DNA of 64,000 bases from Tubulanus polymorphus (Eukaryota > Animalia > Nemertea), in the NCBI RefSeq assembly GCF_964204645.1, contig NC_134032.1, forward strand, positions 11,024,275-11,088,274, in the 5' to 3' direction. The notes under the pieces were generated by a model. It was not told where the DNA came from. It searched no databases and saw only the letters and a program-made list of their open reading frames with translations. Positions 62,463 to 64,000 of the stretch are shown here, one piece after another (the first letter of the stretch is position 1; each line of letters opens with the position of its first letter). Position numbers and translations under genes: made by a program.

Positions 62463-63920
62463 TTACAATGACAACATTGTTGCTATCGCATAACGCTTCT
62501 GTACGGCAGTGGGATTTAGGAAACCACCGACTTGATCAGGATTTTCCTCTTGTGCTAATAACTGAACCTCATGCAAATAATCATTAGCATCGTCAGATAG
62601 CAATATGCATACATTATGAAGCACAAAGCAGCTTGTAATGAACATGAGTAATCGACGTTCATCATGCATGTCTATATACTTCAATCGCCGGAAACGGCCT
62701 TTCAAAATGCCAAATGTGTTCTCAATCATCATTCTAGTTGAACTTAACTTATAATTAAAGTCTTTTTGCATTCTGGTGAGATGGCCATTGTCTTTGAATG
62801 GAACCATTAAAAAAGTGTCCAGCTCATAGGCAGAGTCTCCCAACAAATGCGAATTATCAGGGAAAGTGGCATGTTTGATTGCAGCATCACTTTGAATATC
62901 CCTATAAAGGTTACTGTTTTTGAACACACGCGAATCGTGACAAGATCCCGGCCATCCGACAGTAATATCCGTGAACATATATTGATGATCACATATTGCG
63001 CAAACGTTAATACTGTGACATTTTTTCCGGTTTATGTAAATTTCCTGATCTTTGATAGGCGTCTTTATAGGGATATGTGTCCCGTCTACCGCCCCAATCA
63101 CTTTAGGGAATTCTTGAGCAGCTGCGAAACCATCCCAAACTTCTTGGATCCGGTGTCCTGTCGGCCATTTGATGTAGTTTTGCATCATCTCTCTGACAAG
63201 TATTCGTGAAAGGAGCCCTGGAAATAAAATGCATATTTTTGGTCAAATTTTGGAATAAAGCAAACTGGACGAGCTAACCTCCAACCTCATTTGGACTAAT
63301 TGGGATCGGTGTTAGATATGATTTTGTTATAGGCATGGTTGAACTCAAGATGAACAGAGGACTATATATAACTATTACCTACCAACTATGTTGAAAACGG
63401 TGGCTTCACATACTGCAAATGCATCTGCAACTCTGATGAGTGGAACTTGAGTTGCTGCGAAGTATAAGAATATTAGCGCTTGTTTATCCACACGAATAAT
63501 CTGATCTGGTTTTTCATATTTATTCTTTATCCGTGGACCAAGATCTTCCATCAGTTTTTCGAAAGCAGTCGGCATCATCCTGAAAAATAAAAATACCACT
63601 ATCATTTTATCAAAATCACATATCACTTTTGGAAACCTATTTTTGTGAAGAACGAAATCCTACCTGAATCGCATCTTGAACTCAAGCGTGTTAAACCGTG
63701 GCACGGTCTCCTCCACAAAACCGGATGTGCGAGGAATTTTCCTCAGTTTTGTGTGCTTAGGTAGGTGGTTTAGTATTCCACTAGTCCTAGACTGTCCGTT
63801 AATGGATCTATCCAAAAGCATATCATAATTGCTCAATGACGACATACACGAGTCGACCGGTTTCAGTAAATCTGAAAACAAAACCACGAGGGCTGGCTTT
63901 TTCTCCAACGCTTCGGCCAT
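62463..63920 (-). CDS. Harbinger transposase (HARBI1-like, DDE_Tnp_4), 402 aa, apparently intact
   Basis: Exons 63664-63920, 63383-63579 and 62463-63217 join in frame (1209 nt). Motifs: F..RFRM, GAVDGTHIPI, WPGSCHDSRVF, LLGDSAY, FNYKLSSTRMMIENTFGILKGRFRRL. Confidence 0.92.
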
Positions 63921-64000
63921 ATTTGACACGGCTTGTGTGCTGGTAACTCATTTATCCACGAAGGATACTCGAAATTGAGTACCCTATACTCGGCAGGTAC

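Larger units (their letters stand above)
58569..64000. mobile_element. PIF/Harbinger DNA transposon (right end beyond the window)
   Basis: Convergent Myb/SANT-like gene and HARBI1-like DDE transposase. The putative left end is TAA|GGCGAATTTATCG. The subterminal motif ATTTATC-N6..10-TACTC-N4..6-(G/A)AGTA occurs three times at 58573-58690 and again at 63950-63982. Confidence 0.85.

Overview
AT-rich animal genomic DNA, probably a lophotrochozoan-type invertebrate (spliceosomal introns, SINE, MITEs). Most of the window is one giant minus-strand gene that I traced by hand. It starts at a signal-peptide exon (ATG 58258) and has 46 frame-consistent ordinary exons plus 13 intact 150-nt cassette exons. 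That gives about 5,640 aa of Cys/Gly-rich CPxGxYCPxG repeats (Ephrin_rec_like/GCC2_GCC3-like), still open at the left edge. The most unusual part is 28.6-49.1 kb. There, an array of phase-0, exactly 150-nt exons with uniformly weak donors is mixed with about 10 dead copies, some keeping both splice sites. The array was co-amplified in ~4.7-kb tandem units together with five intact, intronless, same-strand rhodopsin-like 7TM receptor genes nested in the introns. About 310 bp upstream of the host start codon begins a PIF/Harbinger transposon. It has an intact 402-aa DDE transposase, a Myb/SANT-like gene with a 2-nt frameshift, and two nested non-autonomous elements. All coordinates were read manually and no database searches were run.
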